From the NCBI GenBank assembly GCA_965231085.1, contig OZ246413.1, positions 155,991 to 219,990 of the forward strand: a stretch of 64,000 nt of DNA, written 5' to 3'. The stretch's first letter is position 1, and every line of letters begins with the position of its first letter. Source of the stretch: an uncultured Candidatus Saccharibacteria bacterium. Lineage in GTDB: Bacteria; Patescibacteriota; Saccharimonadia; Saccharimonadales; UBA10212. This document shows, piece after piece, positions 19,941 to 29,324 of this stretch. A program made the position numbers and the translations under genes. The notes below the pieces were generated by a model. The model searched no databases. It had not been told where the DNA came from and was given only the letters and a program-made list of their open reading frames with translations.

Positions 19941-20504
19941 ATGAATCCAAATCAAACTTTAGAGCAGGTGAAGAACAAACTAAATAGTGCAACAGAGCAC
20001 TTCAAACAGGAGCTCGGCAAAATCCGAACCGGTCGGGCGCATCCTAGTATGCTCGATGGTTTGATGGTTGACGCCTATGGCCAAAGCATGCCACTAAAAG
20101 CTGTAGCCACCGTGACCGCTCCTGAGGCACAGCTTCTTCAGATCTCACCCTTTGATCCCGATAATCTTTTGGCAATATCCAATGCTATACGTGATAACCA
20201 AAGCTTGGGGTTAAATCCAGCAGACGATGGTCGAGTAGTGCGCATTCAAATACCACCGCTAACTACCGAAACCAGGCAGCAAATGGTTAAGGTTGTTGGT
20301 CAAAAACTGGAAGAGTGCATGATTAGCGCGCGGCAAATTCGCCATGATGCGATGCATGCCTGCGAGCAAGCCGAGAAGAATAAAGAAATTAGTAAAGACG
20401 ATCGAACTCGGTTCGAAAAACAAGTCGATGAGCTGGTCTCAAAACAAAAGTCCGACGCCGAAAATCTGTGCCGAGCCAAAGAACAAGAAATAATGACAGT
20501 ATAG
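19941..20504 (+). CDS. frr: Ribosome recycling factor
   Basis: MNPNQTLEQVKNKL...GKIRTGRAHPSMLD. The ATG at 19941 lies 6 nt after a TATAAT. Confidence 0.9.
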   Translation: MNPNQTLEQVKNKLNSATEHFKQELGKIRTGRAHPSMLDGLMVDAYGQSMPLKAVATVTAPEAQLLQISPFDPDNLLAISNAIRDNQSLGLNPADDGRVVRIQIPPLTTETRQQMVKVVGQKLEECMISARQIRHDAMHACEQAEKNKEISKDDRTRFEKQVDELVSKQKSDAENLCRAKEQEIMTV

Positions 20505-20532
20505 TAATCTAACGGTTGCTATACTTATAGAC

Positions 20533-21720
20533 ATGCAGTTTTTGCTTTTTATTATCGCCATAACCTTATTCGTTGGGTTAGTTGCGATCCATGAGTTTGG
20601 ACATTTCATAGTAGCCAGGCGCAACGGTGTTAAAAGCGAACAGTTTGCTATTGGTTTTCCGCCTAAAATTTGGAGCAAGAAGTTAAAAAGTGGCTTGGTG
20701 TTTAGTATAAATTGGTTACCCCTGGGTGGCTTTGTAAAGCTAAAAGGCGAGAGCGATAGCGACACAACGCCCGGCGGCTTTGGAGCGGCCAGTACATGGG
20801 CTAAAACTAAGATTCTGCTTGCTGGCGTAGGCATGAACCTAATAGTTGGTCTAATACTTATGACGATTTTAGCGGCTATTGGCATGCCATCTCTAATCGA
20901 CAAAGACTACTATGGGCAAGACCAGTTTACGGCTAAAAGTGACACCAAGGTTATTAAACAGGAAGTCATGGTTGGCTCAATACTGAGCGGTTCACCAGCC
21001 GATAAGGCTGGGCTTAGGAGCACCGATGAGTTAATAAGTATTAGTAATGATAATTCGACCAAGCAAATTAGAACTGCCGCGGATCTAAAAGTAGCGACAA
21101 CCTACTATGCCGGTCAAAAAGTGACTCTAGATTATAAACGCTCTGGCAAACAATACTCCAAACAAATTCAGCTACTTAGCTCCGCAGAAGTCGCAGCTAG
21201 CGAAAACACAGCCAGCCCTAAAGGCTATCTGGGTATAGTGCCCAGCGACTTGACTCTGCAGCGCTCAACCTGGAGCTCTCCAATTGTTGCAGTTGGCTTT
21301 ACAGCCCAACTTGCAAAATTAACTTTGCAGGGCCTATGGCACGCAGTTTCGGGACTTGGCTCAACGGTGGCTGGCTTTTTTAGCGGCAATCATACGGCTC
21401 GCGAAAACGGCCAAGCTCAGGCCTCTAACCAAGTTGGTGGCCCAGTGGCGGTGATGAAAATTTTGTGGAATAGTGGCAGCCTGGGAGTCAATTTTATGCT
21501 TGCCATTATAGCGGTTGTGTCGCTGACGCTTGTGATTATGAATCTTTTACCAATTCCGGGCCTAGACGGTGGCCGGCTAGCAATGATATTAATAGCCAGA
21601 TTAGTTCTAAAACGTCCATTAACGAAAGTAGCCGAGGAAAGGGTAATCTCCTATGGCTTGCTAATCATAGCTAGTCTAATAATCCTAGTAACAGTTGTTG
21701 ATGTTAAGCGTATTTTCTAA
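20533..21720 (+). CDS. rseP: Site-2 (RseP/M50) intramembrane zinc metalloprotease with PDZ domain
   Basis: HEFGHFIVA motif, a PDZ-like insert, and C-terminal LLPIPGLDGG. Confidence 0.85.
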   Translation: MQFLLFIIAITLFVGLVAIHEFGHFIVARRNGVKSEQFAIGFPPKIWSKKLKSGLVFSINWLPLGGFVKLKGESDSDTTPGGFGAASTWAKTKILLAGVGMNLIVGLILMTILAAIGMPSLIDKDYYGQDQFTAKSDTKVIKQEVMVGSILSGSPADKAGLRSTDELISISNDNSTKQIRTAADLKVATTYYAGQKVTLDYKRSGKQYSKQIQLLSSAEVAASENTASPKGYLGIVPSDLTLQRSTWSSPIVAVGFTAQLAKLTLQGLWHAVSGLGSTVAGFFSGNHTARENGQAQASNQVGGPVAVMKILWNSGSLGVNFMLAIIAVVSLTLVIMNLLPIPGLDGGRLAMILIARLVLKRPLTKVAEERVISYGLLIIASLIILVTVVDVKRIF

Positions 21721-22471
21721 AGTCTCGATTAAGCAAAAAACTAAGCAGGACCTCGGCGGGCCGGGGGCAGTAGTTTTTCTCACAATTGCAACGTTTTTGA
21801 TCAGCCAGTTTTTAGCCGTTATAGTAGCCGGCTTATTATTTGTGGCAGCTAATCATTTAATTCCTGGTCACTCGTGGTCGGACTCCTCAGTCCCGGGCCA
21901 GTTTTTGTATATTTTAGTGGCCGAGGCGGCTGCTGTTTGGATGGTAATTAGATTAGTCAGGCTAAGAGGTTTAAAATTAGAATTCATTGGCCTTGGCAGA
22001 AAGCCAGTTAGGGCTGATCTATGGCAGGCCATTATTACTTTCTTTGTCTATTACGCGGCCTTATTTGTTGTGGCAGTTATTTTAAAAGTCCTGCTTCCGC
22101 ATTTTGATACCAACCAGTCACAAAATCTTGGCTTTCAACATCTAGACACGGGCTTTTACAAAGCCTTAGCCTTCTTGTCATTAGTGATTCTGCCGCCACT
22201 TGGCGAAGAAGTGCTGGTGAGAGGATATTTGTATTCTGGCCTTAAAGCAAGGTTAATGGTTTTGCCGGCGGCCCTTATAACCAGCCTGTTATTTGCAATC
22301 GCTCATCTTGAGTTTGGCTCGGGTAGTCCGTTAGTTTGGGGAGCGGCGATTCAGACCTTTGTATTGTCTTTGGTTCTTGTGCGTTTAAGGGAAAAAACAG
22401 GGGCTCTGTATTCTGGAATGGTATTGCACTTTATGAATAACATTATTGCTTTTTTTGTAATCTACCACTAA
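21695..22471 (+). CDS. CPBP (CAAX) family intramembrane glutamic endopeptidase
   Basis: EEVLVRGYLY, FAIAHL and HFMNN motifs. The exact start is uncertain. Confidence 0.7.
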   Translation: MLMLSVFSKVSIKQKTKQDLGGPGAVVFLTIATFLISQFLAVIVAGLLFVAANHLIPGHSWSDSSVPGQFLYILVAEAAAVWMVIRLVRLRGLKLEFIGLGRKPVRADLWQAIITFFVYYAALFVVAVILKVLLPHFDTNQSQNLGFQHLDTGFYKALAFLSLVILPPLGEEVLVRGYLYSGLKARLMVLPAALITSLLFAIAHLEFGSGSPLVWGAAIQTFVLSLVLVRLREKTGALYSGMVLHFMNNIIAFFVIYH

Positions 22472-22587
22472 AAAGCGGGTAAGCAGGGAATAGACTTACA
22501 TCTTTTCAGCTCTGCTCACAATCTGATTGCAGGCTGCTGAACAATCAGGCAAAAATGCGGGACAAGTCTGTTAAAATGTTAATCAAG

Positions 22588-23862
22588 ATGAAAAGAAGTC
22601 AATTGTTTGTTAGTACTCGCAAAGATGTACCAGCCGATGAAACTGCTAAAAATGCCCAACTACTAATTAGGGCCGGTTTTATTCATAAGGAAATGGCCGG
22701 GGTTTATGACTATTTGCCATTCGGATTGATTGTTCTAAATAAAATTATTCAAGTAATACGCGACGAGATGAATGCAATTGGTGGCGAGGAGTTGTATTTG
22801 AGTGCCTTGCAACCAAAAGATAACTGGGAGACATCCGGGCGCTGGCATGACGATGTAGTAGACGTGTGGTTTAAAACTAAAATGCATTCTGGCGATGGCT
22901 ACCACCTAGGCCCTGAACTTGGCTTAGGCAACACTCACGAGGAAGCCCTGACTTCACTCATGAAAAACTACATCCATTCTTACAAAGATCTGCCAACCTA
23001 TCCTTATCAGTTTCAGACCAAATTCCGCAACGAGCTTAGAAGTAAGAGCGGTATTATGCGTTGCCGCGAATTTATCATGAAGGACTTATATTCTTTTAGT
23101 AAAGATCAAGCGCAACACGATGAGTTCTACGAAAAGGTTAAAGCAGCATACCTGCGCATTTTTGATCGGCTTGGTCTTGGCGACATAACTTACGTTACTT
23201 TTGCTAGCGGCGGTAGTTTTAGCAAATTCAGCCACGAATTCCAGACCATTACAGACGTAGGCGAAGACACTGTTTATGTACACGAAGAGAAGAAGCTTGC
23301 TATCAATAAGGAAGTTTACAACGACGAAGTTCTGGCTGAGCTTGGTATCAAAAAGGACGAGTTAGTTGAGAAAAAGGCCGTTGAAGTTGGCAATATCTTT
23401 ACGCTTGGTACACGATTTTCTGAACCTTTAGGGTTAAACTTTACAGATGAAAACGGCAGCCTCAAGCCAGTTATAATGGGCAGTTATGGTATCGGGCCGG
23501 GCAGGGTGATGGGCACAATAGTCGAACATTTTGCCGATGATAAAGGCATGGTTTGGCCAGACGGCATAGCGCCATTTGATGTTTATATCTGTCAGATTGG
23601 TGATAGTACGGATATTGAAAAAGCAGCCCAAGATGCCTATAATTTATTGTCCGGGCAAGGCATAAGCGTTTTATGGGACGATCGTAACGAACGCCCGGGT
23701 GCGCAGTTTGCCGACGCAGACCTATTCGGAATTCCAAACCGAGTGGTAGTTAGCGAGAAATCAGTGGCAAGCGGTGGCTATGAACTTAAAAAACGTACCG
23801 AGGATAACACCAGAATCGTTAGCTTAGACGAGCTCGGCAAAACACTAGGCAAGCAGAAGTAA
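22588..23862 (+). CDS. proS: Prolyl-tRNA synthetase (short type without a large editing insertion)
   Basis: MKRSQLFVSTRKDVPADE start and class II motifs. The ATG at 22588 is preferred over 22555. Confidence 0.85.
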   Translation: MKRSQLFVSTRKDVPADETAKNAQLLIRAGFIHKEMAGVYDYLPFGLIVLNKIIQVIRDEMNAIGGEELYLSALQPKDNWETSGRWHDDVVDVWFKTKMHSGDGYHLGPELGLGNTHEEALTSLMKNYIHSYKDLPTYPYQFQTKFRNELRSKSGIMRCREFIMKDLYSFSKDQAQHDEFYEKVKAAYLRIFDRLGLGDITYVTFASGGSFSKFSHEFQTITDVGEDTVYVHEEKKLAINKEVYNDEVLAELGIKKDELVEKKAVEVGNIFTLGTRFSEPLGLNFTDENGSLKPVIMGSYGIGPGRVMGTIVEHFADDKGMVWPDGIAPFDVYICQIGDSTDIEKAAQDAYNLLSGQGISVLWDDRNERPGAQFADADLFGIPNRVVVSEKSVASGGYELKKRTEDNTRIVSLDELGKTLGKQK

Positions 23863-23944
23863 GACTGCTATAATCCCACGAATACATTAATTTTGACGTC
23901 TCTAGAGTGGGTAGATAAGTAAGGAAGTAAAGGTTGGTATAATC

Positions 23945-24394
23945 ATGAAAAAATTATTCAGACTCACCCAAGAAGGGCTAGACGAACTTAAGAAAGAGCT
24001 AGAGGTCTTAATTGCTGGGCGTGGTCCAATTGCCGAGAAGATTAAGTCAGCTCGTCAGCTTGGTGATCTGTCTGAAAATGCTGAATACCAGACCGCTCGC
24101 GAAGAGCAGGATAAACTTGAAAGCCGAATATCAGAAGTTGATCATATTGTTAAAAACGCCCAAATTATTAAAAAACCAAAAACTAATGGTGCCGTAAAAC
24201 TAGGCTCAGTTGTTAAATTGAAATCTACAGAAGGCAAAACTCAGGAGTTCCAGGTTGTAGGGACTATGGAAGCCGATCCACTACACGGTAAAATTAGCGA
24301 CGAATCTCCTATCGGTAAAGCCGTGATGGATAAAAAAGTTGGCGACACTGTCGAGATAAAGACCACTAAATTTAAAATTGCTGAAATCGCCTAA
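23945..24394 (+). CDS. greA: Transcription elongation factor GreA
   Basis: 149 aa. Contains DLSENAEYQTAREEQ in a coiled-coil region. Confidence 0.9.
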   Translation: MKKLFRLTQEGLDELKKELEVLIAGRGPIAEKIKSARQLGDLSENAEYQTAREEQDKLESRISEVDHIVKNAQIIKKPKTNGAVKLGSVVKLKSTEGKTQEFQVVGTMEADPLHGKISDESPIGKAVMDKKVGDTVEIKTTKFKIAEIA

Positions 24395-24440
24395 AGCTTT
24401 TTCTTTCGGCTTTAGCGATTACAATCTATAATTCATCTAT

Positions 24441-25961
24441 ATGAATTGGTTAAATAAAATTGTTGACGAAGTTCAGGCAAAATACCCAGACGGGGAAATT
24501 ATTGTTTCATCAGGGGCTTCTCCGTCTGGCACGTACCACATAGGGCACTTAAGAGAGATAATCATAAGTGATGCGGTGGTTAGATTACTGCGGGCTAAAA
24601 ATCGCCAGGCTCGCCAATTACATTTTGTTGATGATCTTGATGGGCTCAGAAAAGTACCGGTTAATGTACCTACTGATTATGATAAATATTTGGGCCAGCC
24701 ACTTTGTGATATCCCGGCACCGGATGGCTCAGATATGAGCTATGGTGAATTTTTTGTAAAAGATTTTTTAGAAACCGCCAAAAAACTCGGTATTGAAATG
24801 GACGTAGAATACAGTCATAAAAAATATCGAGAAGGGTTTTTTGTGTCAGCTATTGAAACAGCGCTTAGTAATATTGATGGAGCTAAAAAGATTCTCGAAG
24901 AAGTCTCTGGTAGGCAGTTAGGTGAAGAATGGTCACCAATTCAAGTCAATGAAGACGGCTACCTCAAGAAACGACCCTTTATATCAATTAATAAAAACGA
25001 TAAAACAATTGAGTATCTTGATAAAGATAGCTCGAAACAAGCAATTAGTTACGCTAAGGGTGATGTAAAGCTGGATTGGCGCCTAGACTGGCCAGCTCGC
25101 TGGGCTTTAGTTGGCGTCAATGTCGAGGCCTTTGGTCGGGACCATGCCAGCAGCGGCGGTAGTTATGATACTGGTAAAGAAATTGTCGAAAAAGTTTTTA
25201 ATGCTAAATCTCCGATCCCGATACCATATGACTTTGTAAACAGAGCGGGCGACACCAAAAAAATGAGCGCCAGCAAAGGCACGGGCGTTAATGCTTCAGA
25301 GGTGGTAGAGGTCTTACCCCCAGAGATAGTACGGTTCTTTATGCTTCGTTACGCCCCTGACAAACGGCTATATTTTGATACAGGCGAGGGAGCCATGCAT
25401 TTGTTTGACGAGTTTGCTGAAGCTAGTACACAAGCCCCAGATGATTTACTAATGGAACTGTCTTGCCCGGATAAAACCAATTTAACAATTAGCAATATTC
25501 CATTTTCACATCTTGTAGCTAGTTATCAAGCAGCCTTGAAGGACAGTGCTAAAACCATTGAAGTTGTTCAGCGTACCGAACATGCCGATGTAGCTGGAGC
25601 TCAAAAAGCCGTTATTGAAAAAGAGCTGACTTATATAGACCAATGGTTACAAAAGTGGGCACCAGAGGACGTAAAGTTTGAGCTGACCGAATCGGTTAAC
25701 GCCAATGATTTTAATGATCAAGAAAAGACTTTTCTAAATTCGCTAGCAGATAAGATTGAACAGGCGCCAGAGGAAGCTGATGGGGAATGGTTCCATAAAA
25801 CTGTCTATGATCTTAAAGATGAGTGCGGGCTTGAACCAAAAGCAATGTTTGCCTGCTTGTATAGGGTGCTAATCAATAAATCCGCCGGCCCTCGCGCTGG
25901 TTGGTTCTTGAGTATTTTGCCTCGCGAATGGCTCATCGAACGTTTACGCTTGAAAAAGTAA
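24441..25961 (+). CDS. lysK: Lysyl-tRNA synthetase, class I
   Basis: Class I signatures: HIGH-type PSGTYHIGHLRE and KMSKS-type KMSASKG. Confidence 0.85.
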   Translation: MNWLNKIVDEVQAKYPDGEIIVSSGASPSGTYHIGHLREIIISDAVVRLLRAKNRQARQLHFVDDLDGLRKVPVNVPTDYDKYLGQPLCDIPAPDGSDMSYGEFFVKDFLETAKKLGIEMDVEYSHKKYREGFFVSAIETALSNIDGAKKILEEVSGRQLGEEWSPIQVNEDGYLKKRPFISINKNDKTIEYLDKDSSKQAISYAKGDVKLDWRLDWPARWALVGVNVEAFGRDHASSGGSYDTGKEIVEKVFNAKSPIPIPYDFVNRAGDTKKMSASKGTGVNASEVVEVLPPEIVRFFMLRYAPDKRLYFDTGEGAMHLFDEFAEASTQAPDDLLMELSCPDKTNLTISNIPFSHLVASYQAALKDSAKTIEVVQRTEHADVAGAQKAVIEKELTYIDQWLQKWAPEDVKFELTESVNANDFNDQEKTFLNSLADKIEQAPEEADGEWFHKTVYDLKDECGLEPKAMFACLYRVLINKSAGPRAGWFLSILPREWLIERLRLKK

Positions 25962-25978
25962 TCACTTTATGTTATTAT
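25950..25978 (+). promoter_or_regulatory. Sigma70-like promoter for cassette I2, overlapping the lysK stop
   Basis: Reads TTGAAA-N17-TATTAT. Confidence 0.45.
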
Positions 25979-26058
25979 ATCGCCCGACCTGGCAGTTTGG
26001 GTAATACCAAACAGTCCTGGTTGCACACACCGTTCACCAACACGGGAGGAACAGAGCA

Positions 26059-26496
26059 ATGCGTTCCAAGCTCGGCAATCTCGCCTTTCTCGCCACGCTG
26101 GTCCTGCTGGCCGTCATCACGGTCCGCGAGGTCCAGTACTGGACGAGGGCCGACTTCGTCGACCAGAAGTACGGGTACCCCGCGCCGAGGATCAACCTCG
26201 ACACGCTCTTCAGCTCCCACGTCGCCACGATCCTGACCTGGATCGCCGTGGTCGCGGCCTTCGCGTCGGCGTTCCTGCTGTTCGGGCGCGTCCGCGTCGG
26301 GCTGGTGGCGCTCGTCTGGCTCGGGCTGGGGCTGACCCTCGACGGTCACTTCTTCCACCCGGCCGAGGGGGCCGTCTGGATCGCCATCGTCGTCGTGACG
26401 GGCTGCGCGGTCCTGCTCCCGGTCATGATGCCCAGGCTGAGGCGCTTCGTGGTGTACGGCGGGCCTCACCGCCGCTACTACCGCCTCGAGTGGTAG
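26059..26496 (+). CDS. I2 membrane protein (145 aa, about 4 TM) with a G-H motif
   Basis: ATG 8 nt after GGGAGGA, GC3-rich codons, and DGHFFHPAEGAVWIAIV near TM4. Confidence 0.75.
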   Translation: MRSKLGNLAFLATLVLLAVITVREVQYWTRADFVDQKYGYPAPRINLDTLFSSHVATILTWIAVVAAFASAFLLFGRVRVGLVALVWLGLGLTLDGHFFHPAEGAVWIAIVVVTGCAVLLPVMMPRLRRFVVYGGPHRRYYRLEW

Positions 26497-26521
26497 CAGC
26501 CGTCAGCTTCACAGCTGGCAT

Positions 26522-26543
26522 GGGGGTCCCCTCGGGGACCCCC
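26522..26543 (+). terminator. GC-rich palindrome after the I2 ORF
   Basis: Reads gggggtcccc-tc-ggggaccccc. Confidence 0.65.
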
Positions 26544-26673
26544 GCTCACTTGATTGCTTAAATATATTTTGAGCCTTCAAGCGAGCTGATCAAAAATCAA
26601 AACATGTGGATAAATATTGTGTATTTGCAAAAACAGGAATACGATGAGATTACTACTAACTAAGGAGGGAAGT

Positions 26674-26985
26674 ATGGACTTCTTTAAGGTAAACAAACAG
26701 ATGGTGGAGAATTCCGTCACGATGTTTGTTGGTCTTGCTGAACTTGGACTCGCACTTCGCGTGGTACTCAAGTTCTTCTTTACAAGTGCTGGTGGGAGTT
26801 TTGTGCACTGGGGCGTATCAACAACTGATGCGTTACTTGCACCGTTCCGCTGGGTATTTCCAGACCCAACCGCAACAGCCGGCAACTGGTATGTTGACTG
26901 GGTGGCATTATTTGCCATGGCAGTCTACTTGGCCGGTGGAGCAATCCTGCTCGGCTTAGTCAGCCGCTGGGGCAACCGAAAATAA
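26674..26985 (+). CDS. YggT-like small membrane protein
   Basis: ATG at 26674 follows AAGGAGGG. The TDALLAPFRWVFP...YVDWVALFAM pattern resembles the YggT family. Confidence 0.5.
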   Translation: MDFFKVNKQMVENSVTMFVGLAELGLALRVVLKFFFTSAGGSFVHWGVSTTDALLAPFRWVFPDPTATAGNWYVDWVALFAMAVYLAGGAILLGLVSRWGNRK

Positions 26986-27085
26986 CCCACGCACAAATAT
27001 CTTGATGCTCGAAATAGAGATATTCTCTCTCTTCTCGCTTCAGGATTTTATGCGGGGCAAGCCTAAACAAAAAATTTAAAAATAA

Positions 27086-27112
27086 ACGCCTCGGTTTACC
27101 GGGGCGTTTTTG
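27086..27112 (+). terminator. Intrinsic terminator
   Basis: Stem acgcctcg/ccggggcgt followed by ttttt. Confidence 0.65.
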
Positions 27113-27137
27113 TTAGAGCTGATACAATAGTTGGACA

Positions 27138-27908
27138 ATGGCATACGAGAGAAGTCCGGCTTACAAACCCGGACAAAAAGAGGTCTATAAACTAAGTCGA
27201 AGCAAAATCGACCTATTCGTCCAGTGTCCGAGGTGTTTTTGGCTTGGTGAGCGTCTAAAGATTAAACGCCCCAGCAGCCCGCCGTTTCAGATCAATAAGG
27301 CCATAGATGAACTGTTTAAAAAGGAGTTCGATATATATCGGGCTAAGGGTGAAGCTCATCCGTTAATGACTGACAATCAAATCAAGGCGGTCCCCATGCA
27401 GCATAAAGACTTAGACAAATGGCGGCATAACTTTACTGGCGTAACAACCCTGCACAAGCCAACCAATCTTCATATTTTTGGGGCAATTGATGATGTTTGG
27501 ATAAATGACGATGACGAACTAATCGTCGTGGACTATAAAGCCACAGCCAAAGCCACAGAAGTTAATTTAGACTCGGACTGGCAGATTGCTTACAAACGCC
27601 AAATGGAAATATATCAGTGGTTGTTAAGGCAAAATGGCTTTAAGGTTAGCGATACTGGCTATTTTGTTTATACCAATGGTCGGATGGATTTAGATGGCTT
27701 TTATAACAAAGTGGAGTTCGTTACAAAAGTAATCGCCTATACTGGCGATGATTCCTGGGTAGAAGGCACGATCAGGAAGATGAAAGAATGCCTAGACGGC
27801 GATATGCCAGAAGTTGGTACCGCGGCTATGGGTGGCCCCTGCGAATTCTGCTCTTATGCCAAGGCTCGTACAGAACTTACAATAAAATCGCTCCAGGGCA
27901 AAAAGTAG
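27138..27908 (+). CDS. PD-(D/E)XK nuclease, Cas4/RecB-like, with four Cys residues
   Basis: N-terminal CPRCFW, VVDYK core, QMEIYQWLL (QxxxY) and C-terminal CEFCSY. Confidence 0.6.
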   Translation: MAYERSPAYKPGQKEVYKLSRSKIDLFVQCPRCFWLGERLKIKRPSSPPFQINKAIDELFKKEFDIYRAKGEAHPLMTDNQIKAVPMQHKDLDKWRHNFTGVTTLHKPTNLHIFGAIDDVWINDDDELIVVDYKATAKATEVNLDSDWQIAYKRQMEIYQWLLRQNGFKVSDTGYFVYTNGRMDLDGFYNKVEFVTKVIAYTGDDSWVEGTIRKMKECLDGDMPEVGTAAMGGPCEFCSYAKARTELTIKSLQGKK

Positions 27909-27921
27909 ATATAATATAAGC

Positions 27922-29226
27922 ATGTTGGATATCAAATTCATTCGCGATAATGCTGAGCTTGTTGAAGAAAAGGCCAAACAAAAAGGTTATTCAGTTGATA
28001 TTAAAAAACTCCTAGAAGTCGACAATCAGCGCCGTGAGTTAGGCCAAAAGGTCGAGGCCCTAAGGGCCGAGCGTAATGAATTGAACTCGCAATCAAAAGG
28101 CGCTAAGCCATCTGAAGAAGCAATCGAGAGAGGCAAGACTTTAAAAGACCAGCTGGCTCAGGTCGAGGACAAGCTCAAGCCGCTGGATGATGAATATACA
28201 AAGCTTTTGAAGCAAGTGCCTAACATGCCTGAAGAAGATGTGCATGAGGGTAGTTCCGAGGACGACAACAAGGTAGTAAAAGAATGGGGCGAAAAGCCCA
28301 AGTTTGATTTTGAGCCAAAAACCCACTGGGAAATAGCCGAAAAACGGAACCTTATAGACAAAGGACGGGCGGCAAAAGTTACCGGCGCCAGATTTGCCTA
28401 CATAAAAGGCGATTTGGTTAAGTTGCAGTTTGCTATAGTCCAATTTGTGCTCGATACCTTAACCGATGAAAAAGTCCTACAAAAAATTATCACTGACAAT
28501 AATTTAAAAGTTAGCTCTAAAGTTTTTACCCCAGTTTTACCGCCGGCTATGCTAAAAACTGAAGTGTTCGAGGCCATGGATAGGCTTGATCCGCGTGACG
28601 ACAGATACAAAGTCGGTGAAGCCGAGGATGACCTGTGGCTGCAGGGCAGCGCTGAGCACACCATAGGGCCAATGTATAAGGACGAGATCATTGGTGCTCA
28701 AGATCTGCCGATCCGCTATATCGGCTATAGCCCAAGCTTTAGGCGCGAGGCCGGCACTTACGGCAAAGACACAGAAGGCATTATCCGTATGCACCAGTTC
28801 GACAAGCTTGAGATGGAAGTGTTTTCAGATGCTGAATCCGGCCGGGCAGAACACGACTTTTTGATAGCCGTACAAGAATATCTAATGCAACAACTAAAAA
28901 TTCCATATCAACTTATAGATAAGTGTACTTTTGATATTGGCAAACCCAACGCTCGAGGCGTAGATATTAATGCCTGGATGCCAGGCCAAGATAGATTCCG
29001 CGAGACCCACACCGCTGACTTTATGCGCGACTACCAGGCTAGACGATTGATGACTCGCTATAAAAACGACCAAGGCCAAATTAATTTTGTTCACACCAAT
29101 GATGCTACCGCCTTTGCGCTAGGGCGCACTATGGTAGCTATTATCGAAAACTATCAAAAAAAAGACGGCAGCGTAACAGTCCCAGAAGCCCTGCGGGGCT
29201 ACATGGGTGGCCAAGCAAGCCTCTGA
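27922..29226 (+). CDS. serS: Seryl-tRNA synthetase
   Basis: N-terminal coiled-coil arm and a class II core (FRRE, HTNDATA). Confidence 0.9.
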   Translation: MLDIKFIRDNAELVEEKAKQKGYSVDIKKLLEVDNQRRELGQKVEALRAERNELNSQSKGAKPSEEAIERGKTLKDQLAQVEDKLKPLDDEYTKLLKQVPNMPEEDVHEGSSEDDNKVVKEWGEKPKFDFEPKTHWEIAEKRNLIDKGRAAKVTGARFAYIKGDLVKLQFAIVQFVLDTLTDEKVLQKIITDNNLKVSSKVFTPVLPPAMLKTEVFEAMDRLDPRDDRYKVGEAEDDLWLQGSAEHTIGPMYKDEIIGAQDLPIRYIGYSPSFRREAGTYGKDTEGIIRMHQFDKLEMEVFSDAESGRAEHDFLIAVQEYLMQQLKIPYQLIDKCTFDIGKPNARGVDINAWMPGQDRFRETHTADFMRDYQARRLMTRYKNDQGQINFVHTNDATAFALGRTMVAIIENYQKKDGSVTVPEALRGYMGGQASL

Positions 29227-29324
29227 AAATATTTATATTTACACCAGTTTCTACGTGATTAATCCAAAAAATTAAGCTAAAATATAGGAACTGTTTTATT
29301 ACCTTATGGAGATGTTCTTTTTTC

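Larger units (their letters stand above)
25981..26545 (+). other. High-GC cassette I2
   Basis: Composition step begins right after the -10 box and ends at the terminator hairpin. Confidence 0.8.

Noticed and set aside
25901-26469. 111-aa (+), 164-aa (-) and 64-aa (-) ORFs over I2
   Set aside because: These are alternative frames of GC-rich DNA. Only 26059..26496 has an SD, a sensible TM topology and a GC3 bias.
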